From the NCBI RefSeq assembly GCF_009914755.1, contig NC_060929.1: a stretch of 64,000 nucleotides of DNA. One strand, given 5' to 3'. This DNA comes from the human T2T-CHM13v2.0 reference genome, Homo sapiens. Both the position numbers and the translations under genes were made by a program. The notes under the pieces are model-generated. The model ran no database searches. It worked only from the letters and a program-made list of their open reading frames with translations, and was not told where the DNA came from. Positions 17,730 through 34,663 of this stretch are shown in pieces; the first letter of the stretch is position 1; each line of letters begins with the position of its first letter.

Positions 17730-18328
17730 TGATACAGCTCCATTGTCTGGAGAAACACCCAGGGTCCTTGGTGACAAGAACACATGTGGAGTGGATGAAA
17801 CAGCAGAAAGTTTAATAGGCAAGAAAGAAGAAAACAGCACTCCCATACAGAGGGAGGAGGGCTCTGAACAAAAAACTCCATGTATTGCAGAAAGCAGTCA
17901 GTTATATTGGGAGGCTGGAGGAAGTAGTGTCTGATTTACATAGGGCCCAGGGGATTGGTTTGACCAGGTGTGTCATTCACATAGCCTGTGAAAGAACTGG
18001 CCCTCCCACCCCGGCCTTTTAATATGCAAATGTGGCTACCTGACAGGTCACCATGATGTCCTGCACATGTGGCCTATACTTGGCTGGTCACCATGATGTC
18101 CTGCATACGTGGCAACATAGAAAAAGTGGAGGGAACCACCATATTGTGTGTACCTGGCTTTTAGCCACCAGCATTTGCATATCAATGCTTGCAGATCTGG
18201 TTTTTCAGGCTGCTTTCTGTTAGAAAAGAAATGTTTTGGGGACTGTTTTTATTACACAAAAAGCCTTACCAAGGACTCTTTTACTCTCTCTAGCTGCCTA
18301 AAATAATTTCTTAATAATTCCTGTAATA
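17730..18328 (-). mobile_element. 3' LTR of the provirus (MER61-like, ~600 bp)
   Basis: Minus starts tattacaggaattattaagaaattattttaggcag and ends ...gctgtatca; purine-rich PPT gagggagaaaa at 18329-18339. Confidence 0.8.
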
Positions 18329-19210
18329 TTTTCTCCCTCAGGAGATGTCAGCCTAACTGCTGTTAGGGGGTTTGGAACGGCAACTCTTTCTGGCTACTTC
18401 CTGCTGAAAAGGGGCATCAAGTGGAAAACAACAGCTAGGGTTCCTCCTGGGGTTGATCTAAGGGTCCTCAAAAGAATGGCTTTTCCATGCATGGTTCTGT
18501 TTGCAGCACCACTTGGAGTCTGATTGCTTCTAGGCAGGAGGAAACAATTTGAGTATGCAAGGTCCAAATATTAATACAAGACATGTAAGCAAGAGGCGGC
18601 TTAATAAAGGAGCTAACCAATTCCATGAAGAAGACTGGAATTCATTAAAGAGGGATTGTAGCCACCCAGGGCTGAAGCCCGCATTGTCTCTTAGCCTGTC
18701 AATGATTTCGATGTGATCTTTAAGTACCTGTAGGTTTTCCTCTACTTGACTAGAGGTGTTAATCCAGAAGCAGCATGTTTCATTTAAAAGTGCACAGGTA
18801 CCTCCTACTTCAGCTGTAAGAACATCTAAGACTTGTCTATTTGGTACTACTGCTGAAGCTAAAGCATCTACAGATTACTGTTGTGACTCTATGGCTCCTA
18901 CAGTTGCCTTCCAACCTTGTTGCATCATAATAGAAATATTAAGTACCAATCTTTTAAGGAGAGGAATGCCAGCAAACCAGAATAGACTTCTGGCTATAGA
19001 ATTTCCCACACATCATTTTTCTAAGATGGGATTGTGATGTGCATGCCCTCCCCAGTCTTCCCTTTCAGCTAGATCTTCATATGAGGGCACAGAAATGATA
19101 GATCTTTGTCCAGTGTATTCAAGATAGTGCAGTTTCTAGAAAAGAACCTAAGATAGGGATGTCCCCAGATGATGCTGCCATCTCAGTAGAATTTAAAAAT
19201 AATAGGTCAT

Positions 19211-22307
<3,097 letters not shown>

Positions 22308-23022
22308 AAAATAATTCGGGAACTACTGTTACTATAGTACATATTCTCTTCCAAGGCCTTGGGAGGATTAAGTGTAGTCAGGAGCCACAAAGAAAATATA
22401 GCCCTGTTCTTTGAAGGGATGGTTCTAAGTTGTGGCTTGTGAGAGACACCAGCAGTTTTTTCTCATATCTTAAAAGTTTCCCCTCTTTACATATAATAGA
22501 GGCATCCTTGGATATGGCTAAGATATCAATATTCAGGATAGTCATTTACGATGCCATTTGGAACTGGACATGCCAAGTGAGAAGCGTCCACCTGACAAAT
22601 GGAGTTTCAAAAATTTACAGACATAATATGCCCTGGCCAATATCTAAGATGATCCTTGTGGCAAGGGCTGTCAGTCCAGATATCTCCGCTTTGCCCACAA
22701 ATTTGTAGGCTGCTACTATCAGCAAACATCATACAAGGGTCTGGAAGTCCATGAAGGGGCAAGTTTGGAAAGGCCCATGTGTTGTTCTTTACATTATAGT
22801 CAAGGTGCTCAGTTAGAGTGTGCCATTTCTATTGGGACTTCCAACCAGAGGAGAGACTAGATTCTGAAAGCCCCCTACTAGGGCTTCTGATCCTTTTAGA
22901 TCACCTTTACTGCACTTTCCTCACCAAATCTTTGAACTATCAGCAATTACAAGTATGATTTTACAATATTTGAGATCTCCCAAGTATGGTCCTTCCCTGC
23001 TGCTTTTAAAGCAGAGGGAGGT

Positions 23023-23549
<527 letters not shown>

Positions 23550-23759
23550 CTAAAATTGTTATTTGCCAAGTTATGGAATTTCTCTTTAGAGTTCTATGAA
23601 GTTACAGATGTAACTCCATGGATAATTAAAAATGTCCTTGCAAATATGCCTCAAAAAGAAATTCTAATATTTGGCAGTGAATCTTGAAAGGAAAGGTAGA
23701 AATGACAAAAAATATTTGGTGAGGTAGGGGTAGAAATGAGTAAGATGAGTAGTTCTCAC

Positions 23760-26700
23760 TCAGTGACTTCTCTTTTATCATTTTCAGCTTAAGGCCCCCT
23801 ATTTCTTCACATTGATATTCAGGATGTTCCTGTGGGCTGTCAGGGGTTGTTCCCTCAGCTCTCCAAGCTTTGACTCAAGTGCAATGTATCCAGGAGTCTA
23901 TTCCTGTAAATTTTATTGCCGAGGGGGTTGAAAGAAGAACAATGTAAGGCACTTCCCAGCTTGGGCTTAAGGAAGCAGAGAGAGAAGGGAGAGACTTTAC
24001 CAGTACCAAATCTCCTGGGTTAAATAGAGGTGATCCTGTTTCCTGGGGTTGGACTTTTGCTAATTGCGCTAATTCCTGTTGGAGATGAGCCAGAGAGGTT
24101 ACATGCTTAACTAACTCAGAGGTTTCCTGATCTAATAGAAAATCATTGGTAAGGAAAGCCTGTCCATACAGCATCTCAAAAGGGCTAAGACCTACTTTTG
24201 AAGGGGTATTTCTTATTTGTAGTAAGGCCTTAGGAAGAAGAGTGGCCCAAGGAAGGTGAATTTCTTGGGATAATTTTCTGAGGTGTCTCTTGATAATATC
24301 ATTATTTTTCTCTACCTTTCCTGCAGACTGGGGTCTCCAAGCACAACGTAGATGATATTCTATGTCTAGTGCTTTTGAGACCCCTTGTGTGACAGCTGCC
24401 TTAAACACGGAGCCATTGTCACTTTGAAGGTACTTAGGTAGGCCAAAGCAAGGAGTTATTTCATTAACTAACACTTTTATTACCTCAGAGGCTTTTTCTA
24501 TGCAGCATGCAAATGCTTCTACTCAATTAGTGAAAGTATCTACCTATACCAAGAGGTATTGAATGCCCTTCATCTTTGGCATGTGGGTGAAGTCTATCTG
24601 CCAGTCTTCCCATGGATAACTTCCTATTCTTCGGGTTTGAGGAGGAAGGAGTCGCCTATTCCGGGGATTATTTTGAAACAGAATTCACCAGCATTAACAA
24701 CCTGTTTGAATGTTTCTAGTAGGTTCTCTCCTGAAAACAATCTCTGGGCACATTGATAAGTTTTATCCTTTCCCAAGTGAAAAGTTTGGTGAAGGATTTT
24801 AAGGACTTTCCATTGGCTGGAGGCTGGCAAGAAGAGTTTGCCATTCTCTGACTATAGACATCCTGAGGGCTGAAAAGTATACCCTCGAGCACTGGCCCAT
24901 TCTATTTCTGTAGGGAAGTACTGAAGTTTAATTTCTCTTATGGAGCCTCCCCAGATTAGAGAGGTTTGAAGTGTGTTGATGTCCTGAGACTTCCTTGCCA
25001 CTGACTTACTTGCCTCATCAGCTAATCTATTTCTTTCAGCTACTTCATCTGTTCCCTTTTGATGTCCCCTATGATACATCACAGCTATTTCTCATGGAAG
25101 GAAGACTGAGGATAATAACCTATTAATTTCCTAGTGATATTTTATAGGAGATCCATTAGTGGTAAGAAAATGTCTTTCCTTCCAAATGGCAGCGTGAGCA
25201 TGGAGAACCAGGAAAGCATACTTGGAGTCAGTGTAAATGTTAACTACCTTTCCTTTGCTTAATTCAAGTGCTCTTTTAAGGGCTATTAGCTCAGCTAATT
25301 GAGGGCTTACGCCTGGAGAGAGAGAAGCACTTTCAGTGATGTCATTTAGAGTGACTACTGCATATCCTGCCCTGCAGATTCTCTGTTCTATAAAAGACCT
25401 CCCATCTGTGAAGAGGGTCCAGAGTGGGTTCTCTAGGGGAGTTTCCCTGAGATATTTCCTGGCTGCATAGGTCTGTATTATGACCTGTTCACAGTCATGT
25501 TCAGGTTCCCCAGTTTCTTTGGGGAGGAAGATGGCTGGATTTAGGTGAGAACAAGTTTTTAATGTGATGTCAGAACCCTTTAACAGCAGGGCCTGATATT
25601 TATTTAATGAGTCAGCTATCTGTTAGCCAAAGGCTTCCCCTACAGTACAGTAGTCCTGCCATGTTTTGTAGGGTATAAACAGTTAAATCATTTTCCAGGG
25701 TTAATTTGGATGCTTCTGGGACCAGTAGGGCCACTGAGGCAACATTTCAGAGGCATGCTGGTCATCCTTTAGCCACCAAATCAAGTTCCTTACTTAGATA
25801 ACCCGCTGGTTGTTGAGTTTGTCCTCAGGCCTGTGTTAAAATTCCCAGGGCCATTCCCTTACTTTTTGATACATACAGATTGAAGGTCTTTCCTACAGGA
25901 AGGCTGAGAGTTGGTGCCTTAAGCAAGGTTTGTTTTAGCTGGTCAAAGGCCTTTTGACCATTAGGTTCCCAGGTTAAAAGATGAGTTTTAGCTCCCTGAG
26001 TTTCTTTTATGAGGTTTTATAACAAACGAGCTATTTCACCATACCCAGGTATCCATAGTCTACAAAATCCTGTAATGCCCAAAAATCCTCATAGTTGCTT
26101 GAGGGTTTTGGGGAGGCGGAAGCAAAAAATAGGCTGAATCCTTTCTTCCCCTAAGGCTCTGGTCCCCTCTAACGGCACTAAACCTAGGTACTTCACTGAG
26201 GTTTTGCAAAGCTGGGCCTTGAATTTTGAAACCTTACATCATCTGCTAGTTAAGAAGTTAAGAAGAGCTTCAGTGCCTTCCTGAGATGCTTCCTCAGTTG
26301 GGAAACAGAACAGAATATCATAAATGTACTGCAAAACCATAACTTGAGAGTGGGAAAACTCAGAGAGATCTTTCGACAGTGCTTGTCCAAACAGATGAGG
26401 ACTATCTCAAACTGCCTGAGGCAGCACCATCCATGTTAACTTGGCAGTTTGGCCGGAGGGATTTTTGAAGGCAAACAGGTATTGAAAATCAGGATATAAT
26501 GGTATGCAGAAAAAGACATCCTTTAAATCTAGCACTGTAAACCATTTAGTTCCCTCAGGTATTTCAGTTAACAGGTATAGGGATTAGGGACCACTGGATG
26601 GATTGGAACTACAGCTTCATTAATAAAGCAGAGGTCCTGAACTAGTCTCCATCCCCCATTGGGTTTCTGTACTCCTAACGTTGGGGTGTTGCATGGGCTA

Positions 26701-27262
26701 TTACAGGGTTTGAGGAGGTCCTGCATCTTTAGGTTATTAATAATGGCTTCTAGCCCTTTCCTAGCCTCTGGCCTTAGGGGATATTGTCTCTGGTTAGGAA
26801 AAGAAGATGGATCTGGACTGGCCTAGAGGTTATAGCTCAACCTATTCTTCCTTGAGTTGCCCACACTTCTTGATTAATATTAGCTTCCATCAGGGAGAGA
26901 CAAAGAGTTTGTCCTGGGGCTATACGGATGCTGGCCCCCATGCGAGCTAGAATATCTCTACCTGATAAAGGAGTGGGACTTTCAGGCATGATTAAAAAGA
27001 CATGTGTAAATAATAGGTACCCCCCTCATCTGCAGCTAAGGGGTTGAGAAAAATATTGGATTAGAGTTTTTCCTGAGACACCACTTACAGCCGCGCTATG
27101 GGAAGAGGGGAGGCCTAGATTCAAGAGGAGAAGAGAGAGACTAGCTCCAGTATTCAGAAAGAGATCTACCTTCCTTCCTTCAATTTCCAGAATCACCCGG
27201 AGATCCTGTGCTGTAATGGCAGTCTGAGCTGCTGGAGCTAGGGGTTCAAGCCCTGGCACCTC
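23760..27262 (-). pseudogene. pro-pol pseudogene (protease, RT, RNase H, integrase)
   Basis: Protease LFLNTGASLS (DTG>NTG); RT DLKDVFFCIP and VLQYIYDIL (degenerate YxDD); RNase H LFTDG; IN WQIDFTHMP, LQSDNG, GKVEKNN. Many frameshifts. Confidence 0.9.
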
Positions 27263-28750
27263 TCAGTCCTGCCGGACCATCTGTAAGACTGGTTCTGAAC
27301 CCAGTGATCTCCATCTCCAGGGGCAGTTTGATTCTCCAGTGGTCTCTGCCACAGGCTGGACAGGGTCAAGGTGGCTTCTTCTTGCTGCCTGGGCATTCCC
27401 TCTTAAAATGCACTGACTTGTGATGTTGATAACAGCTAGTGGATGCGCCCTGGGGATCCAGGACTTTGCAAGCTTGCAACACTGCTACTACAGCCTCTGT
27501 CCTTCTCTTGGTTTCCTCTCCTTTCCTTGGGCCTCCTCCTGATCCCTACTGCAAAAGGCCAAAGTGGCTATTCTCATGAGGTTTTCTAGGGTGCTATCTG
27601 GTCCTATAGCTTGCTTCTGTAGTTTTCTTCTAGTATTGGGAGCTGCCTACATAATAAACTTGTCCTTCAGGATGAGCTGCCCCTCGACTGAATTGGGGGA
27701 TAAAGAAGTGTGTTTTATTAGTGCCTTTCTCAGCCTTTCCATAAAGGCTGTGGGATTCTCATCTGGTTTTTAGTCTATCATGGACAGCTTAATTAAGAGG
27801 TTTGGCCCTGGTTTTTCATAAGCCTCTAGTATGCATATTAAAAAGTGCTTCCTTTTCCATTCATCTACTGATTTACTGGGGTTCCAATCAGGGTTGTCTA
27901 CCAGAACTGCTTCTCTTCCTAGTGGGAATGGAGTTTCTATTACTTCTTCACCTTTCCTATCCCCTTTTCTCTCTTTGGTCTGCTATAGGAGACATGCTGC
28001 TCATCGCCACATTTTTCTGCTGCCTGCAGAACTGCCTGCTTTTCGGCTGCAGTAAGGGTCTGACCTAGGAGCAACATAACATCCCTCTGTGTGAGGTCAA
28101 ACGCCTGAGTTAAATTTTGGAAAGTTTCTATATATCTATCGGGGTCATCAGAAAATTGGCCTAAGTCTCCCCTTATTTGCTTAAGGTCCTGTAATGAGAG
28201 GGGAACATGAACCCTCATGGCACCATTTCCATCAGACATTTCCTGCAGAGGTAAAAAGTGGGGAAAGTGGGTAATACTGGAGATGGTAGAGCTGGAGGAG
28301 CTGATGGTATGACTGGAGGGGGTTCTGGATGAGGGGCACTAGGAGGGTTGGGACATTCAACAGCTCTCTCAGATTGCTCCTCTGGAATCTGCTTTAGCTC
28401 TGGGGAACTATTCCCTGTGGGTTTGCCTGCCATGGCTGCTAAGAGAACTAGGTCCATTGTGCAAAGCTTGTAAAGGTTTGGGTTGTGTTGCAGGGCAAAG
28501 AAAGCCTGTACATAGGAGACCTCAGGCTATTTGCCCTTCTGTCTACAGAAAAGATCTAATTGTTGGATAATATTAAAATCAAGGCTCCCTCCAGCAGGCC
28601 AGGTTTGTCTGTCCCCAAGATGGTAAGAAGGCCATGCCCTGTGCAACAGAATATGAGGCAATTTTTATTCAAAGTCTCAGGGTCACAGGAGTCCCAGTGC
28701 TTTAGAATACACTCCAGGGGAGTGCATGCTGAAGATGATCTGTTACCCAT
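27263..28750 (-). pseudogene. gag pseudogene
   Basis: [21 protein letters not shown]-terminus; capsid VPLSLQDLKQIRGDLGQFSDDPDRY; degenerate zinc knuckle CYQHHKSVHFKREC; caggacTGA gag end. Confidence 0.9.
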
Positions 28751-30046
28751 CTAGAAAGAGAAGTGAGAAGAAGGTGTCCCTGAAGTCTCCTTCCTTTCTG
28801 TGTGAGACCCAGGGTAGAGAAGAAGATAGTGGGAGCATCCCCCCTGACTGTTTTTTCCTCCTTGGTTCCTGGCACCCTGTTAAATGTGCCACCCATGGTT
28901 GTAGGCATGACCCTCCAAACCATGGCAACAGAGATACTAAGCTATTGGGCTAGTCACAGTCACCCAAGTACCTCTAGTCATCAGCCTGTGATTTCCCTTT
29001 GACTTCCTAGACTTGTGTGACCTGTGTGCCTCCCTCAAAAAAAAAAAAAAAATACCTTGGGAAAGATGATATAAAAGGCAAGTCTCCTTTAATGGAGGGA
29101 ATGTGATAGATTGCCTGCTATTATGGTCCATGCTAAAGCATTTACCCTTAGAAAAATGGTTCTGTTTAACTTCCGGACTTAAAATCCCCTTACTAATTAA
29201 GTACTGTCTTAATCAGAGACAGAATAGGTGTCTTAAAGGGACATGGGGACCTAATGGCGATTTTCCTGCTAATGGGACAGTATCGGGACTAAAATTTGGC
29301 TGCAGAGGACATTTTACTCCTAATTGTTGAAGGCAGAACTTTCCCATTCACAGAAGCAGCATAAAGCCTGGTTTCCAATAGAAAGGTGGAAAAAGGAAAA
29401 ATTGGGAAGCTGCAATGTTCAGCAGAGGACCAGCAATGTGTCTTATAAAGAGGATTTATATTTCCATTAGGTGGGCTCTTGGCTTAGAAATACCACGTAC
29501 TCACCAGAGGAATAGTAGCGAATGACCTCACTATGGGGGAAAGGGAAGACCTCTGTTGCTAGAAGAGTGCAGCGGTATTGTCCTGAGCTATATCCCCGGT
29601 TACTACAGCATTTCCTGATCTTGCCTAATAGGATTACTTCCCTAGGCTATAAAAACTCATACATATTCAATACACAGAGAGAATAAGAGACAAAGCAACC
29701 ACAGATAGAAAAAGAAGGAAAGTTTTGTGACAGGATAGCTGGAGATCCTTCAACAACACCTGGGCAGGCTGTCAGAGGCTGGGTCCGGTCCAGAAGCCTT
29801 TGAATAACACCAGGGTGTGCCCCAGCCAGAAATTCTTAGTTGCTTCAGGACTTTTCCCAGCCTCACACAATGGCTAAGATTCCCCGTGAAAAGAAGATAG
29901 TTTGAAGCATGGCCAACATTCCCAGTGACCCATGGGTATTCGGGGGTTCTCCATGTTCTCCCCAGCAAGCCTGACATCCAAATCTTTAAGAACGTCTGCC
30001 ATGCTAGCGTATCTAGACAGCTGACAGATGCCCATTATTGATTTGA

Positions 30047-30348
30047 TTTTTTTTTTTTTTGAGACAGAGACTTGCTCTGTCACCCAGGCTGGAGTGCAGT
30101 GGCATGATCTTGGCTCACTGCAACCTCCAATCCCAGGTTCAAGCAATTCTTGTGCATCAGCCTCCCAAGTAGCTGGGACTACAAGCATGCACCACTACAC
30201 CTAGCTAATTTCTTGTGTGTGTATTTTTAGTAGAGATGGGGTTTCACCATGTTGCCCAGGCTGGTCTTGAACTCTTGAGCTCAGGCAGTCTGCCCACCTT
30301 GGCCTCCCAAAGTGCTAGGATTACAGGCATGAGCCACTGTGCCTGGTC
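30047..30348 (-). mobile_element. AluS in the proviral leader
   Basis: Alu dimer with T-tract; flanking ttgatttgatttt repeat. Confidence 0.95.
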
Positions 30349-30450
30349 AATTTGATTTGATTTTAAAATGGAGGCCAAGAGCTTGGAATGAAAGGACAGA
30401 TTTTGAGTTTACTCCTCTGCTCACCGCTCTGATGAATGTTGTACCTTGGC

Positions 30451-30468
30451 TTCCTGGCCAACACACCA
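30451..30468 (-). promoter_or_regulatory. Primer-binding site complementary to tRNA-Gly
   Basis: Plus strand ttcctggccaacacacca vs tRNA-Gly(TCC) 3' end ttcccggccaacgcacca: 16/18, both mismatches at CpG. Donor-like CG|GTGAGC follows at ~30424. Confidence 0.85.
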
Positions 30469-31087
30469 CTACATTTAAGATTAGGCCTGAGGAGGTCTGG
30501 CAGACACAACTAAGTTACACGGAAGGGTGACCCAGATGCTAAGTTGCCAAACTCTTGAACTCTTGCCGCTTCCTTAGTTCTTACCTATGACCTTGTGAGG
30601 GATTTCCTAAGATCAGCTGGTGGAGAGAGAAAAAAATAAAGCTCTCCCAGTAGAAAGAGCTTTGAGCAGCACATGTAGTCATTAACTGTTGGGGGGAGGA
30701 AAAAGTGGCCAGAGGCAGAGATATTCAAGAACTCCTGGGAAGTGGTAAACAGCTCTGTTGGCTGGTCAGGGCCTGAAAAAAGAAGGGGAGAAATATTGGA
30801 AGATAGGATCAAGGAAGTCTGGAGAAGGAGCACATGTATATGTCTTTGTGATTCAGGTCAGTGCCTACCAGATCATTCATCAAAGAGGGCTTACACAGGA
30901 AGACTCATCCTGTGCTGGTAGTCAGCCTCTGTTCTCAGGCACTCCATTGTTTTCACAGTAAGTTGTGACTAGAGTAATCATGGTGGCAGGGATGGAAGCT
31001 ATGCCAAAGCCTGATAGCACAGGCCCTTCTTATCAAGAATACTTTAGTTACTACCACTGCTAAATATCAGTATCAGAAACCAATACT

Positions 31088-31670
31088 AGCCAGGTGCAGT
31101 GCTCACATCTGTAACCCCAGCACTTTGGGAGGCCAAGGCAGGAGGATTACTTGATGCTAGGAATTTGAGACCAGCCTGAGAAACACAGTGAGACCCCATT
31201 TCTACAAAAAAATTAGCCAGGCATGGTGGTTCATACCTGTAGTCTCAGCTACTCAGGAGGCTGAGGCAGGAAGATCACTTGAGTCCAGGAGTTCAGGGCT
31301 ACAGTGAGCTATGATTGTGCCACACTGCACTCTAGCCTGGGCAACAGAGTGAGACCCTGTCTCAAGAATAAACGATTATTTTTTTAATAAAAATTTTAAA
31401 AAGAAACTAAGACAGGCACAATGGCTCGTGCCTGTAATCCCCGCAATTTGGGAGGCTAAGGCAGAAGGAATGCTTGAGCCTGTGAGTTCAAGACCAGCCT
31501 GGGCAACATAGGGAAACCCCATCTCTACAAAAAAGTAAAAACTAGTTGTGTGTGGTGGCACACTTGTGGTCACAGCTACTGGGAAGCCTGGGAGGTCAAG
31601 GCTTCAGTGAGTGGTGATTGCACCACTGCTTCACTGCTTTCCAGCCTGGGCAACAGAATAAGACAGGAGT
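31088..31670 (+). mobile_element. Two tandem AluJ-like elements (31088-31375 and ~31410-31670)
   Basis: Two Alu bodies within one TSD AGAAACCAATACT (31075-31087 / 31762-31774). Confidence 0.85.
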
Positions 31671-31760
31671 GAAGGGAAGGAGGGAGAGAGAGGGAGGGAG
31701 GGAGAGAGGGAAGGAAGGAGGGAGGGAGGGAGGGAGGGAGGGAGGGAGGGAGGGAGGGGA
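31671..31760. repeat. (GGGA)n purine-rich repeat
   Basis: Direct reading. Confidence 0.95.
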
Positions 31761-32285
31761 AAGAAACCAATACTGAGCCCTAAATATGGCATACATTCCC
31801 TCAAGGAAGCCAATAAATCACTTGGTGACAAGTTGATTTCCTTACACACTAGAGAAGCAGTGATTCATCTTTACTGGGACGGATGTGTAGTCCAGGTAAC
31901 ATTTGCCTTCTTTGCCTATACTGCCTATATCAACATGATTATTGGAGGGTTCATAGAGTATGTGACTTACCAGTAAGAGGTCCTATATAACATCTACTTG
32001 GACTAAGGGACCCACTTTATAACAATGCAACAATGGGCACATGTTCACAGGATCCACTGGTGCTATCATTTACCACTCCACCCAGAAGGCTGCCAGTGTG
32101 ATAGAACATTGGAATAACCTGTTAAAGACACAGCTATTGTTCCAGCTTGGGAATGTCACCCAGTTGAGGTGTAGTCCTTCAAGATAAGATATAAACATTG
32201 AATCAACAGACATTATGTGGTTAGTGTCCTGAGTAGTTAAAATACATAGGACTAGAAATGAAGGGGTATGAGTAGGAATAACCCC

Positions 32286-32650
32286 TGATATGGTCTGAAT
32301 GTTTTTGTCCCCCAAAAACTCTTACGTTGAAATCTTAAACCCTAAGTTGATGGTATTAGGAGGTGGGGGACTTTGGAAAGTGATTAGGTCATGAGAGTGG
32401 CACCTTTATGAATTGGATTAGTGCCCTTATTAAAAAAAAGGCCCAAGAGACCTAGATCATTGCTTCCAACATGCAAGTTTACAGTAGAAGTTGCAGTCTG
32501 CAACCAGAAGAAGGCCTTTGCCAGAACTCAATTATGCTGGTAACATGATCTCAGATTTCCAGCCCCCAGAACTGTGAGAAATGCATTTCTGTGGTCTGTA
32601 AGCCACCCAGTGTGTGGTATTTTGTTATAACAGCCCAAATGGACCAAGAT
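32286..32650 (+). mobile_element. MLT1A-type MaLR solo LTR
   Basis: tgatatggtctgaatgtttttgtccccc...ccagaactgtgagaaat...tttgttataacagccc; ACCCC on both flanks. Confidence 0.85.
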
Positions 32651-33268
32651 TTGGGCCAAGCCCAAATGGACAACCCCTCTCACCATCACTTCCAGTGAAC
32701 CACTTATGTATGTTGGGATTCCTCTCCTTACCACTTTAGGTTCTGCAGGGTTAGAAATTTTAGTCTACGGGCATGGAATATACACAACAGAGTTCTACTA
32801 AACCTAAAGTTACCACTGCTTCCTGATCATCTGGGGATCCTCTATAGAAGTTAATAGACTAGCAGGCATAACTGATGAGGACTGTGATGAGGAGACATGG
32901 TTGCTGCTATATAGTGGGAGCAGGGAGAATGTCAGTGGATCACTGGGGTGCCCGTTAATGCTTCCATAACCTTCCAAGTGCAAGATCACCAGGGAGCCAG
33001 ACTCAACAGGGAAGAAGGTCTGATCATCCCATTAGGTGAGCAACCTAGACCAGTAGAAACATTAACTAAAGAGGAGGGGATTCCAGAATGAACATTCTGT
33101 GAAGGAGAGGATGAATATCCCCACAGCCTGGGAACAACTGCAGCAGCATCCCACCAACCACCCTGCTGTTACATCCTTCCATCAGGGGTATGATTAAGGC
33201 CATTTTAAAGAATTAGTGACAGAGTGAACTTAACATGGGCACGTTAATAAGCAATACAAAGGACGTGC

Positions 33269-33737
33269 TGTGAAAGATGCACTCATGCCCTGCCCATATC
33301 CCCTTGACACACCCTGGAGGTCATCTGAAGACAACTCCCTTACTGTCCACTGGCTTCCTGTGCCTCTCAGCCCGCAGGCACTCTCCAGCCCAGGACTGTG
33401 CTTGGCTCACACATGGGGCAGGCTGGAAGTACCAGGGAGTTAATGTCTCAGAGACTGTCAACCAGAGCTGAAACTGATAATGACCCAGCTTTCTCACCTC
33501 TTGGTGGGAAATGTTGGGATTATTTTCCACAGTTTCTTAGAAGGATCTTAATAAGAGTGAGCTCCAGTCACCCTCAAAAAGTAACCCATTATTAGTGCAG
33601 CCTCAATGGCTTTCTTCCTTTTCCTGGCTCACTTCCCCACGTTCACCCACCGCATCCTGTGATCACCTTCCTATTCAACTTCTTACACCCAAATCCTTGA
33701 CTAAAGTCTACTTTTGGGGGAAACCCAGGTTAAGATA
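33269..33737 (+). mobile_element. LTR16-like ERVL 3' LTR
   Basis: tgtgaaagatgc...ggaagtaccagggagttaatg...cacccaaatccttg...gggggaaaccca; directly follows the ERVL internal region. Confidence 0.8.
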
Positions 33738-34532
33738 AAAAGACAAAGAAAATTATCATATTTTCCAACTAACAGAATAATATGTGGCCAACGAAAATAT
33801 GTACATAGAAATACAGAAAGATGCATGGTTTACAATATTAACTGAAAAACAATTGTTTGTCTATTCTAATTACAACCACAAGTAAGTAAAAACAGATCCT
33901 TGGGATGGAAATATACAGGGATGATCATCACTTGTTGGGGCTGAGGAAAAACATTTTTTAAGGAGGGAGAAATTAGAGTGTTAAAGTGCCCAGGGTTCAA
34001 GTGAGATAAGCGTGACATTACTCCCTGTTATGTTCGGACTTTTGTGCGCAGCATTGTTCTCAGCAGTCACAGATCTGCTGGTTGCAGCAAGATCACCACC
34101 ATCCTCAGTACTGCCAATTATTTTCCCCAAAGCTGCTCATTTACTCACAAAGGATGGGAAAGCTCAGTTGATTCTGGCTGTGGCTGTAGAAAGCCTAGAT
34201 TGGAGAAGCCAGACTAGCAATATGCAATGCTCATAAATTAATCCTGGTTTGGAAGAAAAGCTTGACTTACAGGTTTGGATATTCAGTAGCAAAACCCTGT
34301 ACCCCACAAACTACAATTAAGTATAACCTGTCTTCTGAGTCCAAGGGGACTGAAAGTGACTAAGCCATAAGAATGACCTATATGGCCTCTGGCATTGGAA
34401 ATTTTCCTTTTACTGAGAAAAAACAGATTAGCATATGCCAATGGCCAGACCATAAATGAAAAAGATTTAATTATTTACCATATAAAAGTATAAAGCATTT
34501 GGGGGGAAACTATACTACAAAAAAGAAAGTCA

Positions 34533-34663
34533 GAGCTGGGTGTGGTGGTGTGCTCCTGTAATCCCAGCTATTTGGGATGCTGAGGCAGGAGGATCACTTG
34601 AGCCCAGGAGATAAGAGACCAGCCTGGGCAACACAGGGACACCTTAATCTCAAAAAAAGAAAA
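34533..34663 (+). mobile_element. FLAM/Alu monomer inside an old L1M fragment
   Basis: gctgggtgtggtggtg...gaggatcacttgagcccagg...A-tail. Confidence 0.8.

Larger units (their letters stand above)
30469..33268 (+). mobile_element. ERVL (HERV16/ERV3-16A3-like) internal remnant, right part (RNase H/IN region)
   Basis: tacatttaagattaggcctgaggaggtc; catggtggcagggatggaagctatg; cacttggtgacaagttgat; atagaacattggaataacctgttaaagac. Confidence 0.7.

Noticed and set aside
23875-24474. 199-aa integrase ORF as a domesticated gene
   Set aside because: It lacks the N-terminal domain and first catalytic Asp in frame; surrounding pol is heavily disrupted.
31576-31849. Pro/Ser-rich ORFs
   Set aside because: Translations of the (GGGA)n repeat and Alu.
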